Source of the DNA: Octopus bimaculoides
Taxonomy: Eukaryota
Direction of reading: 5' to 3'
Assembly (NCBI RefSeq): GCF_001194135.2
Contig: NC_068998.1
Location: 22,894,979 to 22,958,978, forward strand
DNA: 64,000 bases
Both the position numbers and the translations under genes were made by a program. Every line of letters begins with the position of its first letter. Position 1 is the first letter of the stretch. Under the pieces are notes generated by a model. It worked only from the letters and a program-made list of their open reading frames with translations. It had not been told where the DNA came from and made no database searches. Below, piece by piece: positions 38,001 through 53,149 of this stretch.

Positions 38001-38959
38001 TTTATAAATATGGTTTATTATGCGTGGCAATGCGTGACAACCGTGTGTTTTTGTAAGGGATTAAAATACATTGAGTAACTGAAAAATATAAAGTTTATTA
38101 CATGTCAGTCATTTGGTCTGGACACAGTACGAACGTCAACGGCATACATAACAACGTCGTCGATTACAAAATCATAATTCTAATTAGAATAATTTAATTA
38201 ATATAAATGTAAAACTAATACAACATAATATTAATTCTTTCTTTAATGGCCGCAAATGCCCATGCAATATACAAACATTTTCCCAACAAGTGAGGTTAAA
38301 ATGCATGCATATGTATGCGTATACAACATACATGTGCAGAGCAAATAACATTATATAATATATAATATATTCTGACAAGTCTTACCTTCTACTGAAGTGA
38401 CATATATTAATATAATGATTCAGAACCAGTAAGACCGCCAATACACAGAAGTCTCCAAAGGACTATTTTGGTTGTTTCGTAGTGTCCCATAAATATCGGG
38501 TACCAAAACACATTTCTGCCGGTTAACGCCTGACACAATCTTTATAATGCATTGCCAGCACTATCAAAATATTTGTACTATACAACGTATTGATCAATAA
38601 ATCTTCAGTTGATACGCACATGTATTTATTTCTCTTATATATTCGGCTGACTTAGAAAAAGTTAGTTGTCTGTCGTATTATATTAGCTATCCTACTCCAC
38701 CAATTGTGAGTCTGATACACGAAACAAAGTTGCATGCTAGAATAGTGAAATCCCAATTGGCGAACGTTAGTGCGCACTATGAGTGTAATCAGCGGCAAAG
38801 CAATTCCTAAGTAACTTTCGAAAGAAACAAATATCTAGAGAGGATGCGTAAAGGACATAATCAAACGTCTTCGTTCAATTTGTTTCAACGTGTGTGGGCT
38901 AAATAGTTCATAGTCTCACTAGGAAAGAATAGTGCTAGGGCTATGGAAGATTGTATGCT

Positions 38960-40045
38960 TTAATTTCTACACTTCTTCTTAATAGCTGAACTTTCAATTT
39001 GTGACTGTTCAATGAATACTTCAAATGTAACTAGTAGCGAATTTTCTTGAGAATGGACAAAATTCAGCATTGTGGATTTAGCAAGTATATACTTCCAAGG
39101 ACGTACATACTGACATGGTTGTTACATTGGGGAATGATGCTTCAGGTTTGTTAACAGTGCAGAAGTAGACAGATTAATTTTGATGTTGGTAGGGTTGATC
39201 TAAGTGTGGGATGTTCTGCAACTGCCACTAATGAGGAAAAATTTGATTGTGTTCACTATTTGGTGATAGATGACTGGCGCTTGACGATAAATCAGGTAAC
39301 CAGAGCTACTTGCGTACAACGTGAGACATTTGAGAATATTCTGCCCAATGAATTTGGTATGGCGAGGGTTGCTGATGGGTAGTTACCACGTCTTCAGTCA
39401 CCTCATCAAATGCACACCAGAATGATGACATTACGGAAAAGTCTGATATTGTTTGAAGCATCTCCAGCCGGTTTCCTCGAAAGTTTTAGATTCATTATTT
39501 TGAGTCAGATACAAAAGGAGACAATGTAGATAGCGGAAATAGCTCTCCACCATGATCTACATGATCTAAAGAAAGCTAATTGGGTTTCATCTGTAGGGAA
39601 GGCGATGGTCTCATGTTCTGAGGATCAAAAGGGCCACACATAAATGGACAGTACAATGCCAACATACTGAAAGTGTAACAAGACCAAACGCCAACAAAAA
39701 CTGATGAAAGCGATCTTGTTTCATCAGGACAAAGTTTCAGCACAAGTCCCTGCTTTCAATGTCTGTTGTGCGCAGTTATATCTCTGAACTACTTGATCAC
39801 CCTCCGTATTCTCTTGATTTGTCACAATCTCACAATCATCTGTTCCTCAACATGAAGAAACACTTGGTTGGGAATTACTATCGTAGCGTTGATGACGTAT
39901 TAACTGATGTTGTTGATATTTTTGACCAACAGAATAAAAGCTTCTTCACTAATGGAATACACGCACTACAACTATAATAGAAGTGCGTGGGCTGCAACGG
40001 GGACAATGTTGAAAAATAAACTTCATTCCGTCACATTCCATTTAA
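38960..40045 (+). mobile_element. Mariner transposase pseudogene, near full length with deletions
   Basis: ATG at 39053 gives MDKIQHCG...DVHTDMVVTLGNDASGLLTVQK; later LFHQDK (cf. HQDNA), LLDHPPYSLDLSQSHNHLFLNMKKHL (cf. YSPDLAPSD), and NVEK* at 40019. Many stops and frameshifts. Confidence 0.9.
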
Positions 40046-43000
40046 TTGCTATCGATATTGTTTTGCTTTTATATAGAGCAAGGGACGTGATTTTATAGTT
40101 TGATCCGTAATAAAAGGTGTTCATCACTTGCAGCTGCCGTATGAGTTTTATGCCTCTCTTCTAATAGAAAGATCATTAAAGGCAATCAAGTACAGTCTCT
40201 TGTTAAAATATATTTGCAATTATTTGAAACATGTTGATATGTGAGGTCACATTAAACATATTTTTTGAAAATATAACGCCTTTTATTGTAATATGTTTTT
40301 GTTTCGTTATGTGAGGACAGACGCCGAGGGTTAGTGTCGGGCACGTTCGAAATATTTCGATTGATCTTAATTTGATCTGGAACTCAGTTACTCAGCATGG
40401 CTACTTGTGATCTATTTGATGTATCATACGATTTTCAGTTTGACATGGAAAGATCTGTTCGGGATGGCGAATTTCTCGACATATGTAATGGAAGTATTAA
40501 CAACACGCACCAAAACCTATCGCTTTGACTAAAATCTTGAAATATCCCTTTAGCAGATTTCTAGGTTAGACATTATCAATAAGACCACATTCATATTTTA
40601 TTTCTGTGAAGTGTTATGAATTTATAACTCTCAGGAAAGGAGTTTCTCAAGACCTCTGCAAGTTGCGAGAGACATCTACCAACATTTCGTCAAAAACAGT
40701 CTAGCATTTGAGCGTAAAGCTCAAAGAGCAATACGTTCAGACGAACAGAAATATCTTCAACTCCAGCAAACGGTTCTAACTGTGTTAACCATACAAATCA
40801 CAAAGTATTTGTTATTGAGATTAGTACTACTTAGATGTAATCGTGATGAACGGTGTTATTTGACCATGCATATATCGGCTCATTCAAACAAGCAAGTCTG
40901 GTAATATTGCCAGACAGCCGAAATAGGAAAGTGTAGGTTTTGTGTTTTTGTTGCCCCACCTCAAAATAACTAGTCCGCGCAGTCTCACTTTGAATCACAA
41001 ATGTTAATCAGGTCTTCCACTATCTCTAAACATAGAATGTTGTCGGGGACATCTTTCGGTGGATGATGGAATGTGGTCCTCCTTTCCCGTCGGATCATAG
41101 ACAGTTCTAGATCAGAAGTTATGGCCTTTCGTTGCTAGTCACGATCCACAGCACCAATTTGCGACCGAATCCAAGAAGATATTCTGTATACTATGATCCA
41201 GACCATTCCGTTAAATTACAACCTACATCGTGATGCATAAACTGCCTGGTTGCCGAATACTGTCGCAATAGCATATTGTTTTGTCAGCTATATATATGTT
41301 TAGTGACCTGAAATCAACGTGGTTTCATTAGCCGAAGCCTGTGCAAAGTCATCCCTCATACTTGCAGAAATACAATAATATTATTCGCGGACTAATATGC
41401 ATATGTTTCATTGAAGTTTTGTTTTCGGTTAGTGCTCTGAAAATACCTGCATTAAATCCGATAGAAAGTGATTAAACTAATATTGTCAGTTTATTTCTGG
41501 AGTTAATAGAATTATAATACATTATATTGAAAATACAGGGCTATAATGGAAAAACTTTGGAAGAAATGAAACAATGTTTTAGCGGCCTATATGTAAAAGG
41601 TTTAGTAATCTTTTGTTATTCGTGATTTTTTTCAGTATTGTTACTTTTAAACAGCGTGCGGATTATTGTCAATTCCGAAAATTGCATACCGATGGTCAAT
41701 GACTTTCATTTTCTTTCACTTTTCTATGCATGTATACATATTGCTTAAATTATAAGGAAGAACATACTCATAAGACATATATTTCTTAATAATTTCATAC
41801 GTCATTTCTCTTATCACACAAAAATAAGAGACTAAATAAGATAAATGATGACTTATCACACAAAAATAAGAGACTAAAGGAAATTTATCAGTCTCTGTCA
41901 TTGAAAAAGCTGGAGTTTGGTTTTGTCTTTCTTGCTTTCCCTCCGACTCTGTAGGCCACAATACTTATTCAGACCTGGAGTTTGGCTTATCGGAGACACA
42001 AGTAGTTTTTCTGACGCATAAATTCCAATTCAGTAGGTAAGAAAGAAACATGTTTTTTGATTAATAATAATTCCCGAAAATGCAAATATTTGATTGATAT
42101 TTTCCCAGCGCTTTTCATCTCATACTGCATTCAAAAATGTGCCTTTCTTACATACAACAGTTACGATATAATTTGAGAAAATGTACGTTGCTACCTCTGG
42201 GCAGAATAAATAAGCTATGTTTGCTAATTTATTAAATGAAACATGTTCAGAATGGATGGAAAAATTCTGTTCCATCTGCAAGCATGGCAGCATGGCATCA
42301 GACATATAGCTTTCTAGAAATAACAACCAGGTTACTTTCGAAATTATCAAACGTCTGGAAGCAAGAGAAAAACATTATGAAACCTAAATTTGTACACAAT
42401 ATCGTTACCGAAAACTCAGTATAGCAAATTTCTGTCAGTGTTCTCGAACTGAATTACAAATGAATTCGAACCGTTTTGCATTATTATATGAAGAAAAAAA
42501 AATCATTTTAAAAGTAATTCTTCGTGTAATAATTGTTGTTAATAACGCAATGTGTGAAGTTTAGTGGTGTCAGTTTCTTTCTTTTATATAAAGCTATATG
42601 TGATATTCTAAAAAATCTTCACAGCTCACTTTAATTACATTTTGTTTTTCTTATTTGAAACAACTTTCCAGTGTTCATATAATTGCTACTTTGTCTAGGT
42701 AATAAAAAATATAAAGAAACCTCCTTTGAAATCTCGACACAGTTTTGAGTATAAATTTTTCTGGTCACAAACTTCGTGAAGAGAATTTCAAAAGTTTAAA
42801 TAGAGTTATACTGATTTCAGACGAGACAAATTTTCAATCAAAATATTTCATTTTCATCTCAGTCTTCAATAACTTAGTTAATAATATTGATTTACATTTT
42901 GAAAGAAAATTAGGCAATCTTTGTTTCAATCTCTCCTCTTTCAATTTATTTCATGAGTTAATTAAATCATAATTTAAGATTGTACCTTTCAAAATGTGTT

Positions 43001-43158
43001 CATACAGGTTCGTATATACATTGTCGAGGAACTTCAGGTACGGATATTAAGTGATGGCATAACAATGATGTAGAAAAGTAGTGATTCAAACAAGGAACTG
43101 ATCAATGGTACGCAGTCGCGTGTGTCTATGATTGTATATATTTTTTATGTATGTTTGC

Positions 43159-43202
<44 letters not shown>

Positions 43203-43835
43203 GTATAACAATTACAATGAATACGGAGACAGGTACATCTTAAATCTGTTTTTAAGTTTACACTTGGTCATGCAGCATAGTTAGTCGGTGAAAATGACCG
43301 ACACGTGCTTCTGCTCCACAGAAATTGAGCATATTCATGTGGTCGCTTAAAGATAAAAAAGCTGACTTTTGTATAGAACAGAAAACAATTAGTATGCCTA
43401 TACCTTATAGAAAAGGGGAAAGAGATGTAATTGGTCCGTAGAAGCAATGTACCAGAGTTTTATATCGAAACACCATTTGCTTAACAGTAGAGTAGTACAG
43501 GCCTTGAAAACTTTACACCTGCATAGGAAAGCCTTTAAATATTTTCATACAGGTATCGGCTAGGATAAAACTGATACACAAAGCGGAGCCTCAAAATAAT
43601 ACAGATATAAACTGGAACATTATCTAGATAAACAATTTCATATAGATATCGTTATTATCAGTAGCAAAAAAATGATAAAACACATATAGGTAACATAAGG
43701 TCAACATAAAAGCTACTCTTCTACTGGAATCCTAAAAACATACATATTAAAATTCCTTACATGTAAACAATATTAATATTCATTCTATTCATTATCCTTT
43801 AACATAAAGACAAAGCCTATCAGAACACTGATGTG

Positions 43836-43839
<4 letters not shown>

Positions 43840-43875
<36 letters not shown>

Positions 43876-43895
43876 GTGTGTGTGTGTATGTGTGT

Positions 43896-43943
<48 letters not shown>

Positions 43944-43960
43944 CTATGTATGTATGTATG
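43840..43960. repeat. (TA)n-(TG)n-(TATG)n compound microsatellite
   Basis: Read directly. Confidence 0.95.
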
Positions 43961-45715
43961 CTAGGAGTTTGAAAGATAGAAATATAGACAGGTGCATATA
44001 TATAAAGATAGATACATATAATGACAGACCTATACGTAGACAGAAGGATTGATATCATACGACTATGATGCAAATTTTTGTGTAGACAGAGTATCTTGAA
44101 GATATTGGATGTTATCAACTATATTGCAGTTGACTCACTCCTGTTCACATTAGTCAATTACTATTCACTGGAGGTCATCGTGACTGAGAGTAGAATTCTA
44201 CAACAAATAGCACAATGTATTTTTCAGAAATAAATTAGGCACAATATCCAAATAATCTCAGCAACATATCGGTTACTTGTATTTCTAGGATATATTCGCC
44301 ATTTTCTATTTCATATCATGAATTCAAAGGTAAGTTCTGTTTCTTAAATATTTCAGGACAGCTGTAATTGAATTTTTTTTTTTTACATATATAGTTGCAT
44401 CATAATGAAATCGTTTATTGACTCGTCTATTCATCTCTCTAAAATTTATAATTCATTTTAGAACTAAATGAATGTGACATAATCATACTATTCTAGAAGT
44501 AGCTTCAAACGAACAAAAACAAAAACAAAGAAAGAAGTTTCATATATTTTGGGTTCGATTGTTAAATCGGTTTTTGTATATAGTTAATTTACTCGTCCTC
44601 AATTTGATACTATGAATGGGTTATCGTGTGTTCCCTGAGAATCGTTCTACAACTGAGATTTTCGCTCAGTCATGATGGAGTTACAATATGCCTAAATTTT
44701 CTATTCCTTAATGTTGAACTTCTTCGCTACATCTGATTATACACTCCAATTGCATATTATATTCATAATGAGTCAATGGTTCAAGTTCTTGTAATAGTTT
44801 ACTGTAACGAAATTCACTACTCTCCGTAATATTGTTTCGCCTAAAACGCTTTTGAGTAATTTTCACCGCTATGTAACTTTTTTTTTTTATTCATATAATT
44901 CTTCTTACTCTACTGATAAATTGCTTTACATATATGATATTTTCTGTTTAATTAAAGAATAAAACAGTGCAATATTTGTATTGCACGTCTCGTGAACGAT
45001 TTTCAGATACATATATTGTAGCTCAGGTAACATACTTCAAAGTCTGGCAGTGTGGCTTCATTTGTTTTACACTTCAGTTTCTTCTTAGATGTAGATTCTA
45101 TGCGTTCGTAGATTTTAGACAAACGATTTGCATTCGTGTGTATTTGGTTATTTTTTGTACTTTTAGTTATGTAAATATTTTAGTTTGATAAAAAAAAAAC
45201 TATTACTATTGACAATTAAGACTTAGTTATGTCATGTAAGACACGGTGCCTGCAACCCTAGCAAACATCATTACTTTGATTTAGAACAATACATCTAGTT
45301 TAAAGTTGCGAGTACATGTATTTACAAGAAAAACGTTGGGGACAGCGGAGGTGCATATGAATATGTGCTTCCCATAACATTCGTTCTAAAATGAATCTTT
45401 ATCTTTCCTTACTTTGATACTATAAATGGGTTTTTATCGTGCGTTTCCTGAGATTTTCTGAGATTTTTTCTCAGTCATGATACCCCGTCCACCAGACCAA
45501 AGCTAATAGAAAAGTCATCATAGGAAATATATACCAAATACTATAACACGTACGTTTGTTACTGAACTCAGTTTTAACGATCTATTGTCTCGAAGTACAG
45601 AATGAGATTCCTTTTCCTTCTGAAAAGACACGTGATTATTTAAAGAACTCATTTCCAACCCAACGATATGGACAATGACGTTAAATTTATGAAATCAAGT
45701 CTATTAAATATATCT

Positions 45716-45948
45716 ATTTCTTTATTGCCCACAGGAGGCTAAACATAGAGGGGACAAAAAGGACAGACGAAGGAATTAAGTCGATTACATCGACTCCAAT
45801 CCGTAACTGGTACCTATTTAATCGACCCGAAAGGTTGAAAGGCAAATTCGACCTCGGCGGAATTTGAACAGAGAACGAAAGGGGCAGACGAAATACCACT
45901 AAGCATTTCCCCCGGCGTGCTAACCTTTCTACAAGCTCGCCGCCTTAT
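45716..45948 (-). mobile_element. tRNA-derived Nin/Deu-domain SINE, full length
   Basis: atttctttattgcccacagg...gtcgattacatcgac...ttaatcgacccgaaaggttgaaaggcaaattcgacctcggcggaatttgaac...cgtgctaacc...gctcgccgcctt. The B box reads gttcaaattcc on the minus strand. Confidence 0.92.
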
Positions 45949-48900
45949 ATATTGAAAGAGAACTGTTGTTTTCAGACTAGTTCTACTAGTTTTGTACATT
46001 GCGACTCCAAGCTACCGTTAATATTCTTCAGACGCTTCAACTTGTATCCCACATTCTCTCACATCTATTACACAACTATATGTAAATTCCTACTAAGACC
46101 TATCGTTGAGTTTTGATTTTACATTCAGGATATACTGTTGGTGTGGCTGCAACGAAGCAATGCACCCACATCGTCTTACATTGTATGCATCAATGAAATG
46201 GGAACCGTTGGCCTTTCATTAGTAAATAAGTCATAAAGTCACTGGATCTTTCTCGAACGGATAATCCTTTCTCCTCTCTGCGCATTTCCCAAAAGCATTA
46301 CAGTTCATGAAACTCCCATTTATCTCGTTTCGTTTCCCTTTTTGCGTTGCCGCCTTATGCTTCTTCCTTCCGTCTTCAGTCACATATTATACTGCCTTAT
46401 GTTCTGCATGAATAGTATATCTTGTCCTTCTCACTGCATCGACTTCCTGTGAAATTGCTTCATGAACATATTTGTCATATAACCTGTGATTTCGAAAATA
46501 GAACGTAATGAGTTTCAATTACTCGGCCACGAAGTAGAATAGAAATCTTGGGCAAAACTCCATCCATCATACCAAAGCTAATGCAAATGTCATCATAGGA
46601 AACATATACCAAAAATACTATAACATTACGGTTTTTTAGTGAACTGAGTATTAACGTTCTATTGTCCCGATGTGCAGAATGAGATTCCTTGTGAAAAGGC
46701 ACGTAATTATTTAAGGAACCCATTTACTACTCAAGAAAAGCATACTTGCGGCAGTTTGATTGCCAGAGTTCACATCAAAATCGTTTAAAAATAGCACCCA
46801 ATTTTTGAAACTCATGGTCTAAGTAGTTTTACATGTACTGTATGGATGTAGGTCTACACGTATCTATGAAAATAGATATTTATATATATATGGGTGTATG
46901 TATATGCATGGAGGGGATGTATGTGTGCCTATGTATGTATGTGTGTTCTTGTGTGAGTGTCTGTCTAAAAGTGTGTCAATGTTAGTAAATGTTTGTGCTT
47001 ATGTAACAAACGAGCTGATCATAATTAGATGTATTCTATCTTGGAGAGATTGCGACAGCTAATTCATTCCTTTTACGTGTTGTTTCTACACATATACATA
47101 ATTAAAGTAAGACTGCTGCTGAAATCCCAAGAGGCCAATTATGAAATATTTCTGTTTTCATTTTCCTTCACTTTTGCATTTTCTTTCATTTATTTATATT
47201 TTTGAAGGATGGGGAGGATTATTTATTCGACATAAAATCATTAAAAATATAAATAGCAATTTTTTTGTATGAACTTCTAACGCTTTTATGTGACTTTAAA
47301 GCATTAATTAATTTATGAATTTCTAGCACCAAAGAGAACGCCGTTTAAAATGTTCTCCAATTCTAACATCACATGAAATTTTGACTGAACATTCATCAAT
47401 ATATTAATCACTGATTAGATTAAAAACGAAAACACGTATATATAATGTTTTTTAACATATTGATTTTAAAAATCATTGCATTCAGAAAGTTGCTTGGTTA
47501 ATGTTACACTGGAGTATCTTTTCTTCTTTTTTAATCATTTTCGGTGCGTTGGTCTTAGATCCACCATGACTACATGCCAATAGGTGAATGAAGTTAAAGA
47601 GAAGAAATGAAAGTAAAACAGCTTCTAAAATTTCTTTCTAGATCTTCTTACTCTATTCATAATACATAGACGATAACAAGTTCAGTAGTAGAGATCGGCA
47701 ACCGACTGAAATTAACATACAAAAGATTAAGCAGTGAAGAGTTATAATTATTTCTAAAACATTGTAGCATATATAAAGAAAAAAACGGCATAAAAGATTC
47801 TATAACTTATCATTTATTGTTCAGAAATAGCAAAATTATATCATTACTGCAGTAAAAAGTTCTCATTAAGTAATCGTTATATCATCAAATATTTTATTTG
47901 CTAAAGTAGCGTTTGGTTAGTGGAAAACTCGCGCACGACTTCTTGTAGGTAAAGCGCATGACATCTTGTATGAAAACGCACCCCGTTGTTATTTATTTTA
48001 CACTCTATCCATTTGAAGTAGATCTGAGATCAACTTCCTAGAAACTGAAAGTAGACTCTGAATACTCCAATACCTACCGTGTCCAACGTTTAAGTTTTAT
48101 TTATACATACTCAGACATCTGTACCCCTATCATTCGAGCCTGTATAGTCCTTCTTATACTAGATTTTTCCCTTTCGTAAAAAATGTTCGAACTGAAAGGA
48201 CGTTGGGTTCTCAACTTATACCTTGCTGTGTTCATTTAAATTAGGCTTTTCTTTCTCTTTGGATACTCTACCAGTAAAGTCTTATGAAAATTATGGCTTA
48301 TGTCAGTATGTCATGTCCAATGATTCAAATCGGTTTAAATAATTTGCAAATGCTGTGATAGCAAAGACTATATATGCGCTCCACAGTAAAACGTTCTGTA
48401 AAGAAAATACCTACTTGTACGTGATTAATTAGTTTTGAGAGTTCTAGCAAATCATTAGCATTTAGTCAATCAATGACATATTACATAGCTGTGATATTGT
48501 ACTTGTATTAGTGATTGCCGTTATCATAACGGAGGATAGCTCCGTTAATATATTCAAAACCACAAAAAGTTTCTTCTGATCCCTGTAAAAGCAAGGGCGA
48601 GTAATACTCCGTTACAAACGTCTTCACCGAATTAGCAGCATGAAAACGAAAACGCAACATGATCATCCAGAAAGTAATATCTCCAACTGCATAACTGCAT
48701 AAGCAAGCAGCAGCCCCATCGAAACAGGAATAATATCCCCACAGGTAACAACAGAAACATACTCAGTCATAACAGCAGGAAACATCAACTCCACGAAATA
48801 AGGTTTGCCAACACCACCGCGTGATAGAGAGAGTCTACCAACAGCATTGAACCAGACTACAAACATAAGCAATGCTAATCAATTGAACGGATTCGCATTC

Positions 48901-50259
48901 CGCTCAAACAAATGTTACTGATTACGAAAAATGTCGTTGCAAGGAAGTGGATTTGAGAAACTCTCCAGAATGGACAGTTCTCAAGTGGAAGAGGGGAAAA
49001 TCGGAAATATAAAAAGTTACCTTAGCGAAAAAAGAAAAAAAAAAGAATAGCTTGAACAGAGAATTCAGTAATCCCACACTTACACAAACAAAAGAACATT
49101 TACCAACTATCGACTTCACTATTGCAATCACCATGAAAATAAAGATCAAGACAAATGAAAATACAAATCAATTCACAGCACTTACAAGGACTGCAACTCC
49201 CACACGAACAATCAAAAACATTATCAATTAAAGAGTCAAAGAAGCCAGAACTTATTGAATCATACACTTCAATGCACAAACATTGCTCACAATAATTATA
49301 CCACAACATACAAAGAATTGCAATTGCGATGAAAATAATAAAACAAAGTAAGATGCATATCAGAAAGTAATAACAAAATATTCCAACGTAATTGGAAATA
49401 TACTTATAAAGATTTTATAAATAAAAAACTTCCAAGTAGCTGGACTGAGGGGTCACACAACCTTTGACAGAAACATAGTTCTTTACATACAATCAGTCCG
49501 CGTAAATAGATCTCATTGCATGTGAAATCTTAGTTTACACAAATACTGATTCAGTAGTACGCTCGCCTAAGTGGTGAGGATAACCATTCATTTAATGGCG
49601 TTTCCTCCCATAGCACCAGGATTCCTCCGTTTTATAGGGAGCATTGTTATTGTTAAAATTTTATTGGTATATTATTGATGTTCTTTGTAACTGTAGGTAC
49701 AAAGCGCTATTGTCTTTGTCTTCGTTTTATTTGTACTAATGTTGCTCCGTTGTGTAAGTCCTTTTTAGCCAGCAAAGAAAATACTACATTTCTTATTTTT
49801 ATCATCATCGTCTGTATTATCATTACTATAACTATCGCCAGCCGCCTCAACCTGAAGGTATTCCGTGTATTCAGCTTCAAAGTTTCAGCTTTGTGCCAAA
49901 TTTTGTTGATAAGTATTCTTTGAAATTCATCCATCTTTATGTACTGAGCTCAAATTCTGCAGAGGTAAATATTGCCTTAAAACCTCTCGGGTGTTGATGA
50001 AATAAGTGCCAGTTGAGCACTGCGGACAATGTAATCGACAGCCCACATCCACAGATTTCCGTTCTTGTTCCTATTGTAAAAAGGATTAATAGTGTGATTA
50101 CTATTTACCTTGAAGTAACAAGTTCTACACTTTATTATAGATGGTATTTATGATTATCATTGATGTATTATAAAGGGAACTGGATTAGAAACTTAGAACT
50201 ATAACAGTGTTAAATTTGTATTATTTCAGTTCTGAAATAGTTTTAAGAGCATAAGATAT

Positions 50260-50610
50260 TTTCATGATGACTTTTTCCTAGAATGTCAGATGTAGTCATA
50301 AGAATGTTTTTTTAGTTCTGGTACTTTTCAGTTTCTTGGCATTCGGCCACCATATTTAAAGGCGACATTTGATATTGTTAACCAATATTCCTAAGATGTT
50401 ACGAAGGTCAGTTGCTCTTAGGTGTCGCCGTGTTGGGACCTCTCCCCAGGTCCTTGTATGTACTAAACTTTACAAATGGTTTCATAGAAATTGTGCAAAT
50501 GGTGTGGTCATCTATGACTGACATATCTATCAGCAAAAGATCTTTTACCACAATATCTGGTCAATGGTGTAATGGCTCGAATAGATCGATCAGTCCCAAA
50601 GAAGAGTGAA
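50260..50610 (-). mobile_element. R4/Dong-type RLE fragment, old (not in the ORF track)
   Basis: The minus strand reads LLWD...PDIVVKDLLLIDMSVIDDH...VKFSTYKDLG and, downstream, LMTTSDILGK (cf. TAHILRK). Confidence 0.7.
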
Positions 50611-53149
50611 GCCGTTACTAAAATAAAGATTGGAAAAAAATGGATAAACATGGTACGAGATTATCTTATAACCGAATTTATTACTCATGTATTTATTAGT
50701 TTTCATTTCCTGGAGTAGTCAGTCTTACGCTTTTAGATGTCAATATAATAATTAGCACCTCCAACTCTAGATCATATTTAATTAATTGTTGCACTTCTAT
50801 TACGAATGATAGGGTAGTCATACGTGCTACCATCTCTCATAAATATGATTGACCTTGCGTTGGTTTATATAAATATTATTCATGTACAAATGTTCATAGT
50901 AGGAAAGCAAATTCGCAAGCTAAGTTAATTCCTAGCTAAAGCCAATACATTACTTTATGCACTTAATGTTAAAGTGCATTGCATAACTTTACATAACCTT
51001 TCAGGTATTTCGGGATTTATCCCATAAAGAGGAATTTATCTGTATGTTCCAGTTGCTCTCTCTTTCAGCCTTAGATATTTCGAAAATTTATTGGGTAAAT
51101 ATGTATCCACAAATAAAGAATTGAAACTACACAAATATTTGTGATACTTTTAGCATTTTATAACGCTCTTTAAATCATTTCCTGTCTTTCGTTATCCCAT
51201 TGTCAACTGAGATTCACAAAGCTATGATCAAAGAGATGTTTTAGACATGATAATAATATATTCCTTAATGTCTCTTAGAAGATATTATATATCTTTTTTT
51301 CTTATGGTATTTTCTAATGTAATGGGTATTTCACTGCTCGTGTCTCTCAGATAACTGTATACAAACTACGTAACTAATTCGTTATTACAGATTTTATGCA
51401 TAAATGTTGCATTTCAGTAGGGAACAGAAAGATATAAATTTAAAGGCGAACTATTGCATAATCTGTTCGATAATATTTGAACATTGCCTGACTTCGCGAT
51501 TACGGTTGTGGAGCAAATTCTTCAATATTTGAAATGCCATCTCCAAAAATAATTGCACTTTAGTGTATTACTCGAATTATAACATAATATTCATGAAATA
51601 GAATGTTATGCTCATTATTTTAAACCTTGATACCATAATCATAAAAGAAATGGCAGCATAAACCATCCGAACTGTTTCTTCAGTTTGTGTCAGTCCAGAT
51701 TATCGAACCGCTCAGATGGATCTATGATCAAAAGCAAGTTAAGTTAAATAGAAACATGTCTCTGCAGAAATATGATTACAGAAGATACTTGCGAAATTAA
51801 TTCCTTAATTAATAGATCATGCATTTGTGATATTAGTATTAACTTTGGTCAGAATAACAAATTTAGATAAAGAAATAAATATATAGATAAGTGAACTGGC
51901 TTGGTAAGAAGCATTCTACTGACATGTACATCTTCAATTCATTTATTATATACTGATTCAAATAGTAATTCACTTATACCAATAATTCGTTTGGTCGATG
52001 AATATCGTTATTTGTGATCTCACTAGGGAAGAGTTAGAAATTTAACATTATGAAACGGAATTCAAATAAGCACAAATACAATTTCTTGCTCATTGGCGAA
52101 AATAATTCCTAAGGAAAAAAAAAGGGAAAAAGATATGTAGAAGTGTTTATTGNNNNNNNNNNNNNNNNNNNNNNNNNNNNNNNNNNNNNNNNNNNNNNNN
52201 NNNNNNNNNNNNNNNNNNNNNNNNNNNNNNNNNNNNNNNNNNNNNNNNNNNNNNNNNNNNNNNNNNNNNNNNNNNNNNNNNNNNNNNNNNNNNNNNNNAA
52301 ATAATTCCTAAGGAAAAAAAAAGGGAAAAAGATATGTAGAAGTGTTTATTGTTTTAGCTTGAAACATACGGCTTTATGTGAGTGTCGGGCATGCAAGGAA
52401 TCCTCAACAGCAAAGGATTAGTTGAGAGAAGTTTGCAACAACGGTGCGCATCTGTCAGTCACAATATAATTAATGTTTTATGGATATTTTTAACAGCATC
52501 AAATTAAATTCAAATTTCTCTTTTGCACCTGTTCGAAATATTACACAACAGTAACTCTCAATCGTACTTTTTCTTTCCATTAACTACTAACAATTATCTG
52601 GTTAGTTTTTTCACGAGATGACTGAAGTTTATTTTCAAGTTAACATGGTCAATACAGAACTAGTTTCATATTTCATTCACAAACTAAATATATCAATTTT
52701 AAAAATTTATTTTATTTACATTTGATACATATTATAATTTTCATCTTACTCCATGTTTTGTGAAAACTTATGCATAACTTTAAAATATATTTACCTTCAT
52801 TCATGCAGATCAATTCGTAAATCAAGTTACTCAAATATTTTTCAAAATAGTGTGTGAGAACAAACACGTTTCTACCATGCCGTTGTGCTGACGAAGGGAA
52901 ATTATGCATATATATTGCAATAGAGAGATGAGGAAAGCAGTTAAAAAACGTATCTCTATGTGTGTTGAATGATCATTGTTTAAATAAAACATCCACCATT
53001 CTCCATGATACGAAAGGACTATATATATATAATTTATATGTATAATGTAAGTAATGTAATGTAAGTTAGACATTAATATACAGATTATATTAAATCCCTG
53101 ACATACAAAGAATGTATATATGTTTACATACGAAAAGATTCGACGTCCA

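Noticed and set aside
40635-40902. ~89-codon stop-free frame after a cag acceptor (ERSFSRPLQVARDIYQHFVKNSLAFERKAQ...)
   Set aside because: No strong donor and no recognisable homology. A few open frames of this length are expected by chance in 64 kb of AT-rich DNA; RNA-seq would be needed.
41040-41290. Minus-strand YAIATVFGNQAV resembling a MULE transposase segment
   Set aside because: One short motif only; the neighbouring CxFH motif is not recoverable.
52100-52351. Identical 53-bp direct repeat at 52100-52152 and 52299-52351
   Set aside because: It flanks an N-gap exactly, the signature of an unmerged contig overlap (assembly artefact).
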